Positions 39,477 to 51,642 of a stretch of 64,000 bases of DNA are shown here, in pieces. The notes under the pieces were generated by a model. The model was not told where the DNA came from. It made no database searches and was given only the letters and a program-made list of their open reading frames with translations. The number at the start of each line of letters is the position of its first letter. Position 1 is the first letter of the stretch. The stretch is from Sphagnum compactum (Eukaryota). The stretch spans positions 30,184,213 through 30,248,212 of the forward strand of contig OZ234493.1 in NCBI GenBank assembly GCA_965153455.1, written 5' to 3'. The translations under genes and the position numbers were made by a program.

Positions 39477-42289
39477 TCAAAAGCATTTGGCAACTTTGCA
39501 ATTTCCACCCTGCCCAATGCGACCTTCACAAGCCTCGAGGTCCAGCCAGCCATCAGGTGCCTCATCAGCATATGTTTCCACAGTGGCATTCACTATTACT
39601 GTGTTGAAATGTTCACTGTATCTACACTGGAGCCCTGCAGCATGCTTGTCTTTCATCAGTTCCTCAATGACAGCTTCATCTTCCTGAACTTGCTTGTTTA
39701 TCCCCTGTGGTTTCCCAGCCCCTGTTGCATTCAGTTGGGATTCAAGAATCTGTTTTGCACGACGACGAGCCAGCCGGAGGCGGAAGACTGCTAGGCTCCA
39801 GGTTGATTGCCCACTACCAAGAAACACAGTCGACCGAGTACAAATTTCCTGTTCAACTAATGCAATTTGCTGACTGTTCACCTGAAAGGCAAACATCTCA
39901 ACACATGTTAATTCATGGTACAAATGGTTTGCTACTCAAGTAACAGAATCAGTTGATAACTATGCAAACATTCTTGCATCTGAAAGTATATGCAGATGAT
40001 GTAATGTTTACCGGGCTTGTTCCAAGAGTTGACATCGGGTCAAAAGTGCTTCCATCTGAGAAGTTGGGTAGATTCTCAATCCCCCACAGTCCAACAACTG
40101 AAAGCCCACGATTCCTCAACTCCTCTACAGCCTGCACACCAAATTGCTCCATGAGTTTTTGAGTTCCAGCTGCATACTTGGCCCTGGTCTCACTTCTCTC
40201 ATTCCTTCCCTCCACAAAACACAGCTCAGACCTGCAAAATATGATCTCAACATTACAGTACCTCTTTCACTAGCATAGCACCTTCTTCACCTCGGATCCA
40301 TCCATCTGTGGCCAAATAGACAGTCTTGAGGCTGTAGTTCTGGGCTCGATCAAAGATGGCATTAAAGACATCAAATTTGTCAAGACCCACTCCTCGGAAG
40401 TGACCAGCATCCTTGCACTGATCTATTGACACTCCAATCCACTCTTTTGCATGTGGATGCAGGCCCGAGTCTATGACAGCTCCATCACTACAACGCACAA
40501 AGCATAACCCAATTTTATGTGGTCCACATTCAGATTCCTCAAACCTCCAGTGAACTGCTAGGTAAGGGATGTTGATCCCTATGGCCAATTCTTGCAACTG
40601 ATCTGCCAGAGCTGCAATGTGTTCGGAGGGTTGAAGAAACGCAGAGACTGCTAGAAAGCCACCTCTCCATCTTAGGCCTGGGAACAAGCCACCCACTGCG
40701 ACACAAAGTTCATTTGAACTCCCCAATACTTCAGCTATATCAGCTGGTGTCTGCCACCTTACATATTCCCAGGAGAGCTGCAGGGACTCCTGCCATTCAA
40801 AAATCAACTGTATACATCAATGAAATGCAGCACACAAACCACACGAGATTCATAGTCCTACAAGTCTTGGAAGCTCTCTCTGTGATGGATGCCCTTTTTT
40901 GTGAACTGCTATTGTGATGACCTTTTTCAGATACTCAGATATATGATTGTATCCTTGAGGAAGGGGAAACTCAGAGAAAAAAAAACTAAGGGAGCTCATT
41001 TAAAAGCTGATCAAGTTGCTAGAACAATTTGTACTTCACAGTGTGGTTTTAAGGGATGCGCACATTTGTCGTGGGCACCGACTTCCAGTCTCTGACAAGT
41101 TGATCACGCATTGGCTTCAGCAGCCACTGTGCATCCAGCTTTTCATGGCACTGCTTCAAGCAATTGGCCTTTGATGTGACATTCACAAACCTGGACAGTG
41201 TCTCCTGGTCATACCGATCTTCCATTGCCAACCCACCTCGTGCTCTCACCCATGTCCCTGTTGTTCAATGCAACTCGAGAAGGAAATCAGACTCAATTAT
41301 TGCTTGTAATGAGAAAGGAGAGTAGTACAAAGATCTGATCAGAAATTGGACCTGATGAATGCAGATTACAAGGATATTCTTCAAGATTCAAGCTCTCATG
41401 ATGGTCGAGTCATAACTGAACTCTGAAAAGTGGGTGCAGGAAGAAAAAATGGGCAGTTCTTACCAGTGTGTTTGTTGGGACCTGAAAAAAAATCAGCAAG
41501 GCAAAGAGTACGGTTAAGTGCACGGGCAATGATGGCAGCTGACATGTACTCCATCAACTGGTTGCCAGCACCCACCTGGTAGCTCAGAATTGGCATCAGG
41601 AATTTCTCATCCTGGCATGATTCCACACTCCCCAAAAAAATCACATCACAGAAATCAGATCAAACAGAATAGACCAGAGATGGACATCTATGGATTCAGA
41701 GAGTCTAAGCTAAATTCTCCTCAATGTACAGCAAATGAGAAAATAAAGCTTATGGACAACTTACAGACATGGTAGTAGAGAGTTGAACTTCTTGGTCCAA
41801 GATTTCAGGAGATGGACCCTGAGCTGCAGCATCCGACCAAGAGACATTTGGAGCAACTGAGCTATGATGATGTTGATCATGATCTTCTTCAGATTCTTCA
41901 CGGAGGGTGGAATTGTTGTCTTCCAGACCTGTAGGAGTGAGAGCTCTGATCACTGGCTTGATTGAAGGAGAGTCCTTCTCTACTGCGGTTGTAGACGAAT
42001 TGCTCTCGAGCTCTGAATTGCAGTCTTGGCGAATTCTTCCTACTACAGAAGACATGTTGAAACTCGCAGCCGAGGAGTTGTCGACATTGTTGTTGACATT
42101 GGAGAAGAAGGCGGTCACGTTTGTGGTGAAGGATCTAAACCCTACGAGGACACTAGTACCGGAGAGAGAAACAGTAGTGGTCGACAGTAGCAAGCTGAAG
42201 AAGACGAAGAGAAAAACGGCCACGGTGACTGACACATGAGGAGACTTTGCCCATGACGACGGCCATGTCGCTGGCCATTTTATCATCAT
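39477..42289 (-). CDS. Type II membrane glycosyltransferase, O-fucosyltransferase (GDP-fucose, O-FucT/POFUT-like) fold; exons 42289-41765, 41611-41464, 41257-41064, 40807-40262, 40131-40012, 39881-39477 (~645 aa)
   Basis: N-terminal TM anchor (VTVAVFLFVFFSLLL) and an S/N-rich stem. Motifs GAGNQLMEYMSAAIIARALNRTLCL, PYLAVHWRFEE, VYLATDG and IALVEQEICTRSTVFLGSGQSTWS are typical of this fold. All five introns are GT..AG and keep the frame. The exon 3/4 junction has an alternative in-frame acceptor. Confidence 0.85.
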
Positions 42290-44180
42290 CTCGCTTCCTG
42301 TAAGAATAATTATGAGAGCTCAGAGAGCTCAGTTTTCAGTGCAATAATGAGGATCTCCACATGATCTGGATCATGTCCGCCGGACTCAAGAAGTTGAGAA
42401 TCGTGTAGAAAACTGATCAAGAAACTAGCAAGAAACACTCGTCAAATGGAAATCTTCATAAGTCTCAAGACGATAGCAGCATGTTCTTCAGTTCAATTGC
42501 AAGAGCCTATTGATCCTCCTCCTGCAGCAGCCGGCAACATAAATTTTTGTCAACAAAATGCTTCAAGAAATCAAAGGATTCAGGAGGCGACAGACAGACG
42601 CTGACACAAGGTGTTGAATCAGACAAACGGTTCTTGATGTCCCGAAGAAAGTTGAGGCACTGAGCAATGCTTCAAGATGCAATTTCTACTCTGCGTGCTT
42701 GGTGTTTCGGAAGCGCTCTCGTTGAGCCTTTCTCTTCTTTCCTCTTCTTGCTAAAATTCCGCAACCAAACCAGTTGAAGAATCTTGACAAGAAAACACAG
42801 TTTCAGATGGCAGCACCTTATGGCTTGTTTCTTCAAAAGTCTACGTGCGCGCGGACTTTAGTAAGAAAAAAATACACAACCTCATGCAGATGCAGCAGCA
42901 GCAGCAGCTCTGGTTTCCCCCACGGCTTGTTCTTTCAAAAGACACGCCAATTCTCTTGAATTTTCAATCCACACAAGAAAGAAAGAAAGAAAGAAATTAG
43001 AAGAAGCAAGAAAAAATTTACCAAACTGCAGGAACTGCATACGAAGAAGAAGAAGCTGGAATGCGGATGTGTTCTTCAAGGACTCGCAGTAATGAAGAAG
43101 GCCATGTACTGAGAGAGCTCAGAGAGTGGGGAGAAGAGAGAAGAAGAAGAAGAAGAAGAAGTAGTTGGGCATTGCTGCAACAGAGTGCTCTCAACTCACT
43201 CAGTCTTGTCTGAGCACAAGAATTTGGGGGGATTTTGGGTTTTTGGTTGGGGACGACAAAAATGGAACCAAGAAGCTGCTTTCCAACTGTTGGCAGGTTC
43301 TCACCAGTCTGTTTTTTTGAAGGGGGGGGGGGGGGGGGGAGGGGGAGTCCGGGTATTTCATCTTTGTAATACCCGTTAGTTCCAGGCATTTGAAACCAAC
43401 ATCCCGGCAACAAAAGAGCCCCTTGGTTCTCTGGGTATTTGAAAAAGCTGTGGAATCAACGAATCATTGGGTTCCATGAAAGAACCGGTCAAAAAATTTG
43501 TTGGGTTTCATGAAAGAACCGACAAAGACCCGGCCGGTAATCTTAAGCGGGTGGTGGGCGGCTGTGGTTTTCGTTCCGGGCTTTTTCAGAAAAGAATGAG
43601 TTGAGAACCGCAGTCTCATTATGTAGGACACAATTGGGTATTTGAGGTTTTGATAACTTATTTGAGGCTGAACTTTAAAGGTGGGTGGTCTGTTTTAATT
43701 TGTTGTCAAACTTGATATTTTTAATTTTAATTTATTGTTAAAACTCTGTACCTATTAAGTTTTCTGTAAAGTCACCACCTGTTTCACCCCCTTATCTCCT
43801 CTGCTTTCGCCCCCTATCCCCCTCTTTCAGTGGTATCTGCAAAGTAAGGAAATTTTACTAAATGTGGGTATGAAATGCTGAGACGCAGCATTTTTGCACA
43901 AGGTCCGAGAGTAGTTATAGTAGTCCTACAGGTAGGAGCAGTGAAAATATATAGGAGCAACGCTGGCGCTCAAAAAAAAGGAAACATAGGATGAAACTCA
44001 ATTTCCCCACCAAAATTGATGGAAAAACTAGTTTGGGTCCCAGTTATTTCCTTTAGTAAAATTTTCATTCCCAATTACATGTTGGATGCCCTATTATGCT
44101 GAAACTGGCCAAAACCCAAAACTGAATGTTGGTAACAAATTCAAAGAACCACCCAACACAACACTGTGATTATACCTTAT

Positions 44181-44432
44181 CCTAAGGTCAGTTTCGTCAT
44201 TAAATAATCCTCAAAATATAGTGAATGAATTTTTTAATGAAAATATGAAGTTGACATTTTGAAAATCATCATAAAATTGTGATAGTTTACATTCTAAATA
44301 ATTGCATTACTCATATGACAATATCATAGTAGTAAATCATGGGAAAAATAATAATTTCAAAATTAAAAAAACGAATTTATTTTTGGAAGAAAAAAAAAAG
44401 TTCATTTTGTCAATGTGAAAACTGATCCTAGG
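44181..44432 (+). mobile_element. MITE (~250 bp) with CCTAAGGTCAGTTT / AAACTGATCCTAGG terminal inverted repeats
   Basis: TIRs read directly. A second copy lies at 46591-46839. Confidence 0.75.
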
Positions 44433-45132
44433 CTACGGTGCTTGCACAATTGTCAATTTATTCAACTTCTTAGTGTCAAAATATTTTCTTTGATGGGAAT
44501 CATTCCTTTGAAATGGTGTGTTGGGCTATTTTTCAGAACACTTTTTTCAACCCCCATGTGTAGTAGGTATTGGTAGTAGTGAAACCCCTTTGTGCATTCA
44601 ATTCAAACTTTTTTTTCCTTTTTTTGGGGGTTAAGTTCATTAAAAAATAATTAAATTTCAGACTCTTTACAACCCTTTTTATACAACCCTCCCCCTCTTT
44701 TATGTAGTAGCTCAACTAAATGGAACACCAAGAAGGAAGCTGTTTTAAGTCCTTGCCTGCAAAGGTAGTGAGTGTGTCACCTGCCATCTTTGCTTCAAAG
44801 GTTGAGGGGTCCCACAACAACCCATGTTGGAACTAAGCAAGAGTGAAAGGAGCTTGCTCTCATTTCACTCCTCCCTATGTGTTACTCTTGTGCTCATCAA
44901 ATCTCAATAAAAAAAAGACTGGGAAGATCTATCCATCCATCCATCCATCCATCATGCTCATGTCAGAGTTCTTTTGAGTGAGAGTGTCCATGGTACTACT
45001 ACTACTACTACTATTCTAGCCTACCCAAGAAGCATGTGGAAATAACTGGGACCCAAACTAGTTTTTCCATCAATTTTGGTACTATTCAAAATTTTCCAAC
45101 AATTCAACTATGCTCCTCACAATTATTATAAT

Positions 45133-45353
45133 GGTGCATTCACACTTGATGTGAAGTCAAAGTTAAATGAAAATCTAGGTGGCATCCTAGGTGGCACCAT
45201 CCGATGCTGAATGAGTGATAGCTTTTTAATGTTAACTGAATGTTAGCTTAACATAAAATCTTGATGATAAGTAGGTTTTTAAGTCTTAAATGACTTGCAT
45301 TGGTGTTAGGAGATTTAACACCAGAATTCCTTAACACCGAGTGTGAATGCACC
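45133..45353. mobile_element. Tourist-like (PIF/Harbinger) MITE
   Basis: 14 bp perfect TIR GGTGCATTCACACT / AGTGTGAATGCACC, with TAA one base outside each end. Confidence 0.75.
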
Positions 45354-45952
45354 TTAAATTGTTACATTAATATATACCCATATCTGAGATGTTAGGAAAT
45401 TTCCTAGTTGTAGTTGTGAATAATGCCAGGCACTTTAACACCTACGTAATTTTTTTATAAAAAAAAACCTTATTTATATTTAAAGGGCTAGGATGAAAAC
45501 CCAAAACATTTATGGGTGTTTTCATTTTTGTTTCAACTCATTTTTGACTTCTTGTGCTCATGTCACTATAACTTGTCATTAACAATTTTTAAAAAGGTCC
45601 TACATTGCTTATTTCATACTATCAACAATGTGTGTGTCTTCATAGCTTTTCAACAGGTGTAAGCCATTACGATTTTTCAACATGCTATCATGCTTGGCTT
45701 GAGAAACATTCCTTCTTTCTTTTGCATTAGTGACATACCCATTGTTGTGTTTTTTTTCGTGACAGGTGTTGTTGTGCTTTCATTTGCCTTGTATTTCTTG
45801 TGGATGGGGTTTCCCATGCCTGGCTTTTTTATGTACAGGGTTTTTCTTCTTATTATCAAAGCTTTACATATATTTGGTAGAGTTCTTCAGAGTATATGTG
45901 AAAAACTGTTCTGAGTCCTTACCACATTATAAACCCTAAATCCTACCCCTTA

Positions 45953-46077
45953 GAGCATCTCCAACGGTGTGCTCAGTATGTGACTCCAGACAGCTAAACT
46001 TAGACATTTAATTTTATTATCCAGAGTGACATAAGAAATTATCCAGAGTCACATACTGAGCAGCAGTGGAGATGCTC
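45953..46077. mobile_element. Tourist-like MITE, 125 bp, TTA target-site duplication
   Basis: TTA-GAGCATCTCCA ... TGGAGATGCTC-TTA, with internal inverted arms gctcagtatgtgactc / gagtcacatactgagc. Confidence 0.85.
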
Positions 46078-46590
46078 TTATGCCTCCTCTTAAACCCTAA
46101 CACCACCTCATCTTAGGAGCTTTGTTTCACTCATCTCCCCTACCCATTGGGACCTTTGGTTCCCACTTTGTTTGTGGGACCAATACTATTTTAAAGTGGT
46201 GGCCTGGCCTCAATACTTTTCATGTTGATTGGCCTAAACATCTTGACTCATTATGTTTGGGGAGGGGAAGGGGGAAGGTGTTATTTCTTGACTCACCTGG
46301 TGAGAGAAATGGACACTTGGAAATTTGTTCAAAAGTGGGCATCATGAGCTCCAAATCTGCGTGCACTTTGGTGAACTACTTTTGTCTTCTTCCTCACCAA
46401 TTTGCTTTTGTGCTTTTGACTCCATTGAACCTAAACTACTACTACTACTACTACTACTAGTAGGCTAACTGAAACTTGGAAGTGAGGAAGGCATGCATGC
46501 ATGGCTTTAGAGAAAATGCTTAGAAAATCTTTGGAAAACTAACCTCTGTGGCTGACTCAAACCTGACCAGAAGTGTTTTTTTTACCTTAC

Positions 46591-46839
46591 CCTAAGGTCA
46601 GTTTTGTCATTAAATAATCCTCAAAATAATGAAATGATTTTATTGTGAAAATATGAAGTTGAGTTGAAAATCATCCTAATTATCATAGGCTACACTCTGA
46701 ATAATTCCACCAACTCATGTGACAATATCATATATTATTAGATCGCGGAAAATTCAAGGATCTCAAATTTTAAAAAATAATTAATTTTTTGAGAAAAAAA
46801 TAATTTTTCATTTTTGTCAATGTGGAAACTGACCCTAGG
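46591..46839 (+). mobile_element. Second copy of the 44181-44432 MITE
   Basis: cctaaggtcagttt ... aaactgaccctagg, with a collinear interior. Confidence 0.75.
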
Positions 46840-47628
46840 TTGTTAGGGCATGGAAAATAACAATCCTTCAAATTGCACATGATGTGTCACTCTTTAAAGA
46901 GCGGCCTCAAGTACAAATGACACTAACTCAAAGCATTCCTAAACCCTAAACCTTACCTATGACTCATCTTTGACACTAATTAATTCCTAAGAGGGTTAGC
47001 TTGGAAAAAAAGGAAAAAACTATAAGACTCGCAATTTACCAAAATTATTAAAAAAATCAAAACTAGTTCACGGGCTATATGCACCTCTCCCCATCTATAA
47101 GAGCTTTTCAAAGGTACCAAGAGCATGGTTGGGGCCATTGTGGTCTCCGAGATTTCAACACATCAAACAAACAAAGTACCTTTATTTTTATTCAAGTGTG
47201 CTCGAAGATCACCTATTCTATGTCTCTAAGGTGCAAGCTATTTCTAGTGTTAAAAGGGTGTTGTTATAGACTCAAGTGAATTGCATAATAAATTTACATA
47301 AAGGCATGGATGGCCCAACAACCTTCATATTTATTTTTCCACCCTTGGAATCAATCAAGGGACTAATTCCCAAAGAGCTTTTTAGGTTTGGTGGACAAAC
47401 ATTCAACATTTCCTATTGAGGAATGAGGTGACCAAAGACTACCCTAAACCTAACTACCTTACTTATTTCCAAAGTGCTTTTTTAGTGAAAGAACATTGAG
47501 ACATGGCACACCCCCTTGGGTCTTCCTTGACTCCACCACCATTTTGTTGTTGTTAGGTACTAAACCCTAAACCCTAAACCTACAAACCCACTTGGCTTGT
47601 TGTCTCTAAAGACAAAGTAGCCAACAAA

Positions 47629-47699
47629 ATGAAATGGTGAAAGTTGGGTACCTAACCCTAAACACATGAAATGGTGAAAGTTGGGTACCTAACCCTAAA
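47629..47699 (+). repeat. 34 bp direct duplication ending in a telomere-like aaccctaaa
   Basis: atgaaatggtgaaagttgggtacctaaccctaaa x2. Confidence 0.85.
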
Positions 47700-48694
47700 A
47701 TGTGATGCTACCCCCCCCCTTTCACAACATCATCTTTAATCATCATAAAGTTTCAAAGCCTTGGTTAGGGATGAACTAGGGTTTGGGACTACATGAAGCT
47801 GAGTTGTCTCCAGCCTTTTTCAAATATATTTAATTATTTAATATATAATATATATTTTTAATGGGCAACATTTGTAGTTTATTAGTTTCAAAGTACTAGT
47901 TCTTACAAATTTCATACAAGCTAGTTTTCACATACCGGTTAACAAAAACTCAATTATTTTTCAACTTGAATTTTTTTAGTTTTAAAAATTCAAAAAATGT
48001 AAAAGAATAAAATAAATACTCAACACGGTGGAGAAATTATAATATACATGTTTCACCAATTGTGGGTCTTTTTTTAAGTTTGAAAATATTTATGCTATAT
48101 GAAAATTAAATCCTCATAATTACAAGCATTTATAATGATAAATAACCCATTTTTTTCCCTCTTTTTATCTTACGAGTATGTATTGCGACAAGAAAACAAT
48201 TGTGCAAATGGAGGAGGAGCAAAATGCTTGAAAAGTAAAGCATGCACACAACAAACAATAACATGATTAATGTACCTAAACAAAAAAACCACAAAATTAA
48301 ATAAAAGAAAAAAACACGTAAAAAAAGGAATTAAATTATTTTAAAAAAAAATTATATATAAGAGTTTAAAAAATTAAATTAAAACGAACAAAAAAAGTAT
48401 ATATTAAGGAACAAAAAAGGGAAAAAAAGAAACAAAAGCAGAAAAAAGGAAAAAAGAAAGGAACCAAAACATGTGAACAACCTCCTAACTATACAAGGTT
48501 CACTCAAGGTGTCATAGAGATCTTGTAAATATGTACAAATCTTGGGTTTCCATTCTGACATTTGCTTTAGCACCCAATGACCAAAAAGAAAAAAGAAAAA
48601 AAGAAAATGATAGTTTATATAAAAGAGTGGGTTCCCAGGGAAATCAGAAACGGGAGATGGCTAAGAAAAGCAACAAAGACTTTTACAGAACCAT

Positions 48695-49040
48695 CAGAAA
48701 GTTCAAACTTACCATTCCATAGACTGAAGAAGAACATCTATTTTCTCTAGACTTTTATACAACATCAATGCAAAATAGAAAACCCACCACCAGAACAGAA
48801 AGTTCAATGCCATTCTTCCATAGACTGAAGAAGTACATCTATTTTCTCTAGACTTTTATACAACATCAATGAATATAGAAACCCACCACCAGAACAGAAA
48901 GTTCAATGCCATTCTTCCATAGACTGAAGAAGTACATCTATTTTCTCTAGACTCTTTATACAACATCAATGAAAATAGAAACCCACCCACCAGAAAGTTC
49001 AATGCCATTCTTCCATAGACTGAAGAAGTACATCTAATTT
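48695..49040 (+). repeat. Tandem repeat, ~100 bp unit x ~3.5
   Basis: cagaaagttcaa...ttccatagactgaagaagtacatctattttctctagacttttatacaacatcaatg..aatagaaacccaccac recurs at ~48695, 48796, 48895 and 48991. Confidence 0.9.
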
Positions 49041-51174
49041 CTATTCACCACAATGTCAGATGAACTATGCACTAACTGATACTGTACAGGTAGTTGTACT
49101 AAGGCACCACAAGATTGATTTGTGATTTCTTGACTGGAACCAGGAAACCACCTGGAGTCAAGGGGCTCGCCTTTGTTTTTCCTCCAATTTTGTTATGTAG
49201 CTGAAGGGATCATCCATAAGAAAATTTAACCAGATATGGCTACATACTATGTAGATATGAAAGTAGAAAACAAAGGCAAAAACAGAATCCATCATTCTAG
49301 GCTATATTCTTAGCTACCTACTGAAACTTATCACAAGAGTATTGCTGCATTTTTGTTTCCCCTCAGTCTGTTCTTCGCCCTGGCACCTTGTCATGTGAAT
49401 GTTTCATGGGCATATGTAATCTCAGCAGGTATATACTCACCACCCATGCGCATTTGTGCAATGTAAAGCATGAGACAGATCATGAGCTTAGACCTCAATA
49501 AATCACAAGGTGACCACCACCCCTTTAGGTGCAGGGTACCTGCCTCCTGCTTATAGAGGTGAAAGACACTTAGAGGAAGCAATTGTTCATAGATGTATGT
49601 AAGTATGGATCTCCCAACATTTTACAGTTCACTACACTCTTTTGGATTTCATTAAGTTTTGTAAATATATACTCAAATGTCACAGATTGCAAGTCACAAT
49701 GTCCATGTTTTTCATAGCCTACTAGTGTGTGTGCAAGTCCATTGCTATTTTTCATTGTTGCTCCCGTGCATGGGAGACATTCCTCATCTTTTTCACACAT
49801 TGCAGCCAGTGCACTTTCGTCATTAGTCAATTTGTGACAGACAACACCTTTTTTTAGTTTATGATCTTTTATTTTATATGTGTATTAGTGATGTGTGATT
49901 GTGTTATGATTTTTCGTGACATTTGTTCTCCCGCTTTTATTTGCCTTGCACTTCTTGTGGATGGGTTCCCATCCCTGCCTTTTAAAAAAAATATATAAAT
50001 GGTTTTTCTTCCAGTTTGAATCTATTGGAGAAATGCTTGCTCCTCAGGACCTTCCTTAATTTGAGGGTCATAGCCTTGAAAGTGGTAGCCCAAGGGTGTG
50101 GGCCTAAACACTTAGTACAATATTTTCATAAACTTCAAAGTGTCCATTGATATAAGTTCAACTCTGAGAGCATCTCCCATGAAAGCAGTAAAATGGCATG
50201 GACATCAAATTTTGGATGAAATCTATGTGTCATAGTTGTGTGAAAATGGGTTGAGCTCTTCTAAATTTGCATTAAATCTCATGAATGTTAGAAAACCTTG
50301 AGGGAAACCAAAAAAAAAACGATTGCTTCTCGTTGATGATGAGCCATAGTGATTGGCTTATGTGTGACATTTAAAAGTTTTCTAAATATATATATTTCAA
50401 TTGTTTATTGTTTATTGATGAGAAAGGGAAAAATATTTAACACTAAATTTGGTGTGATACAAATATAATGATATTGTCTCAAATACAATGTATCACTTCA
50501 ATTGCTTGAATCATACAAACTGTAGGGGGACATTAATATTAAAAAAATAAATAAATGAATAAAAATATAGGATGCAATATATTGATTGTTGGGTAAAAAT
50601 TATAAGTTAATTAGTTTTTAAAATAAGACACATTAAATTCAATTAATCAATTTAATTATAACATAAAATATGTAATAATCTGAAATAATATATTATAATT
50701 AATATAAGATGATTTTAATACGAGTCTTACATATTTTAATATGTAAGACTCACTCTCAAAATGTGCCCATTAGATCTGCCTCAAACATTAGTTGTGCTTG
50801 TAAGCCAGTTGTTGTTTCAGGTGGGCTCTTTTGGGAGCCAACCCAATCCTTGACATGGTGCAACATTATATGTGCATATACTTGTTATTGCAGGCAATAC
50901 ACAAGTACTCCCCATGGGCAGCATTCATCTTTTTTGAGAAAAAAAGATGGATCAGGCCAAGGGCAGACAAGGGAAAAAAAGATGAAGCACTGCCTGCAAT
51001 AACAACAACTATGGGTCCGTATAATGTTGAGGATAAAAGTTAGGGTTAGATTTGTGTAATGGGATATCCATCATCACATTACAACTCTCAATGTGTTGTT
51101 TCTATGTTCTGCTTCTTTCACTATTTTTCATCCTTGCATTGCATGCATCCTCCTTGTCCAATTGATGATGTCTT

Positions 51175-51425
51175 TGTTTAGTTTACAATCTTTTATATTT
51201 TATTAGTGTAATAGCGGTGGTGTTGTCTCTTTAATTTGCAATCTTTTATAACATTAGTGTATTGATGGTGTCGCCATTTTAGTTTACGATCTTTAATTTT
51301 TATTATTAGTGTATTACTGATGTTGCCTTTTTAGTTAACAATCTTCTATTTTTATTAGTGTATTATTGATGTCGCCGCCTTTTTAATTTACGGTCTTTTA
51401 ATTTTACTAGCGTATTACTGGTGTC
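51175..51425 (+). repeat. Degenerate ~50-60 bp tandem repeat
   Basis: tttagtttacaatctttt..attttattagtgta(tt) recurs about five times. Confidence 0.65.
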
Positions 51426-51604
51426 CTGATTGCTATGTTCTTTCATGACATGTGTTCTCATCCCCGCAATGTACAAAGGTTTTTGTTCAATAGCTTGTGG
51501 AGCTAGATGGGTATGTGGTAGCCTTGTGGAGTCATTTGTGGGAAACTTGTCTCTTCATCAATTACTCTTTGCTTGGACTGAGCCCAAGCTTTCTTCCTCT
51601 CCCA

Positions 51605-51642
<38 letters not shown>

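Noticed and set aside
40132-40261. Extra coding sequence suggested by ORF 39949-40215 (MEGRNERS...)
   Set aside because: It lies in intron 4. Splicing 40262 to 40131 gives a clean in-frame join (…LVKE|AVEEL…).
47561-47581. AAACCCT telomere-type repeats
   Set aside because: Only 2-3 units and scattered through the window. These are interstitial telo-box-like motifs, not a chromosome end.
48695-49040. Possible CRISPR-like array
   Set aside because: Whole units repeat with no unique spacers, the context is eukaryotic, and there are no cas genes.
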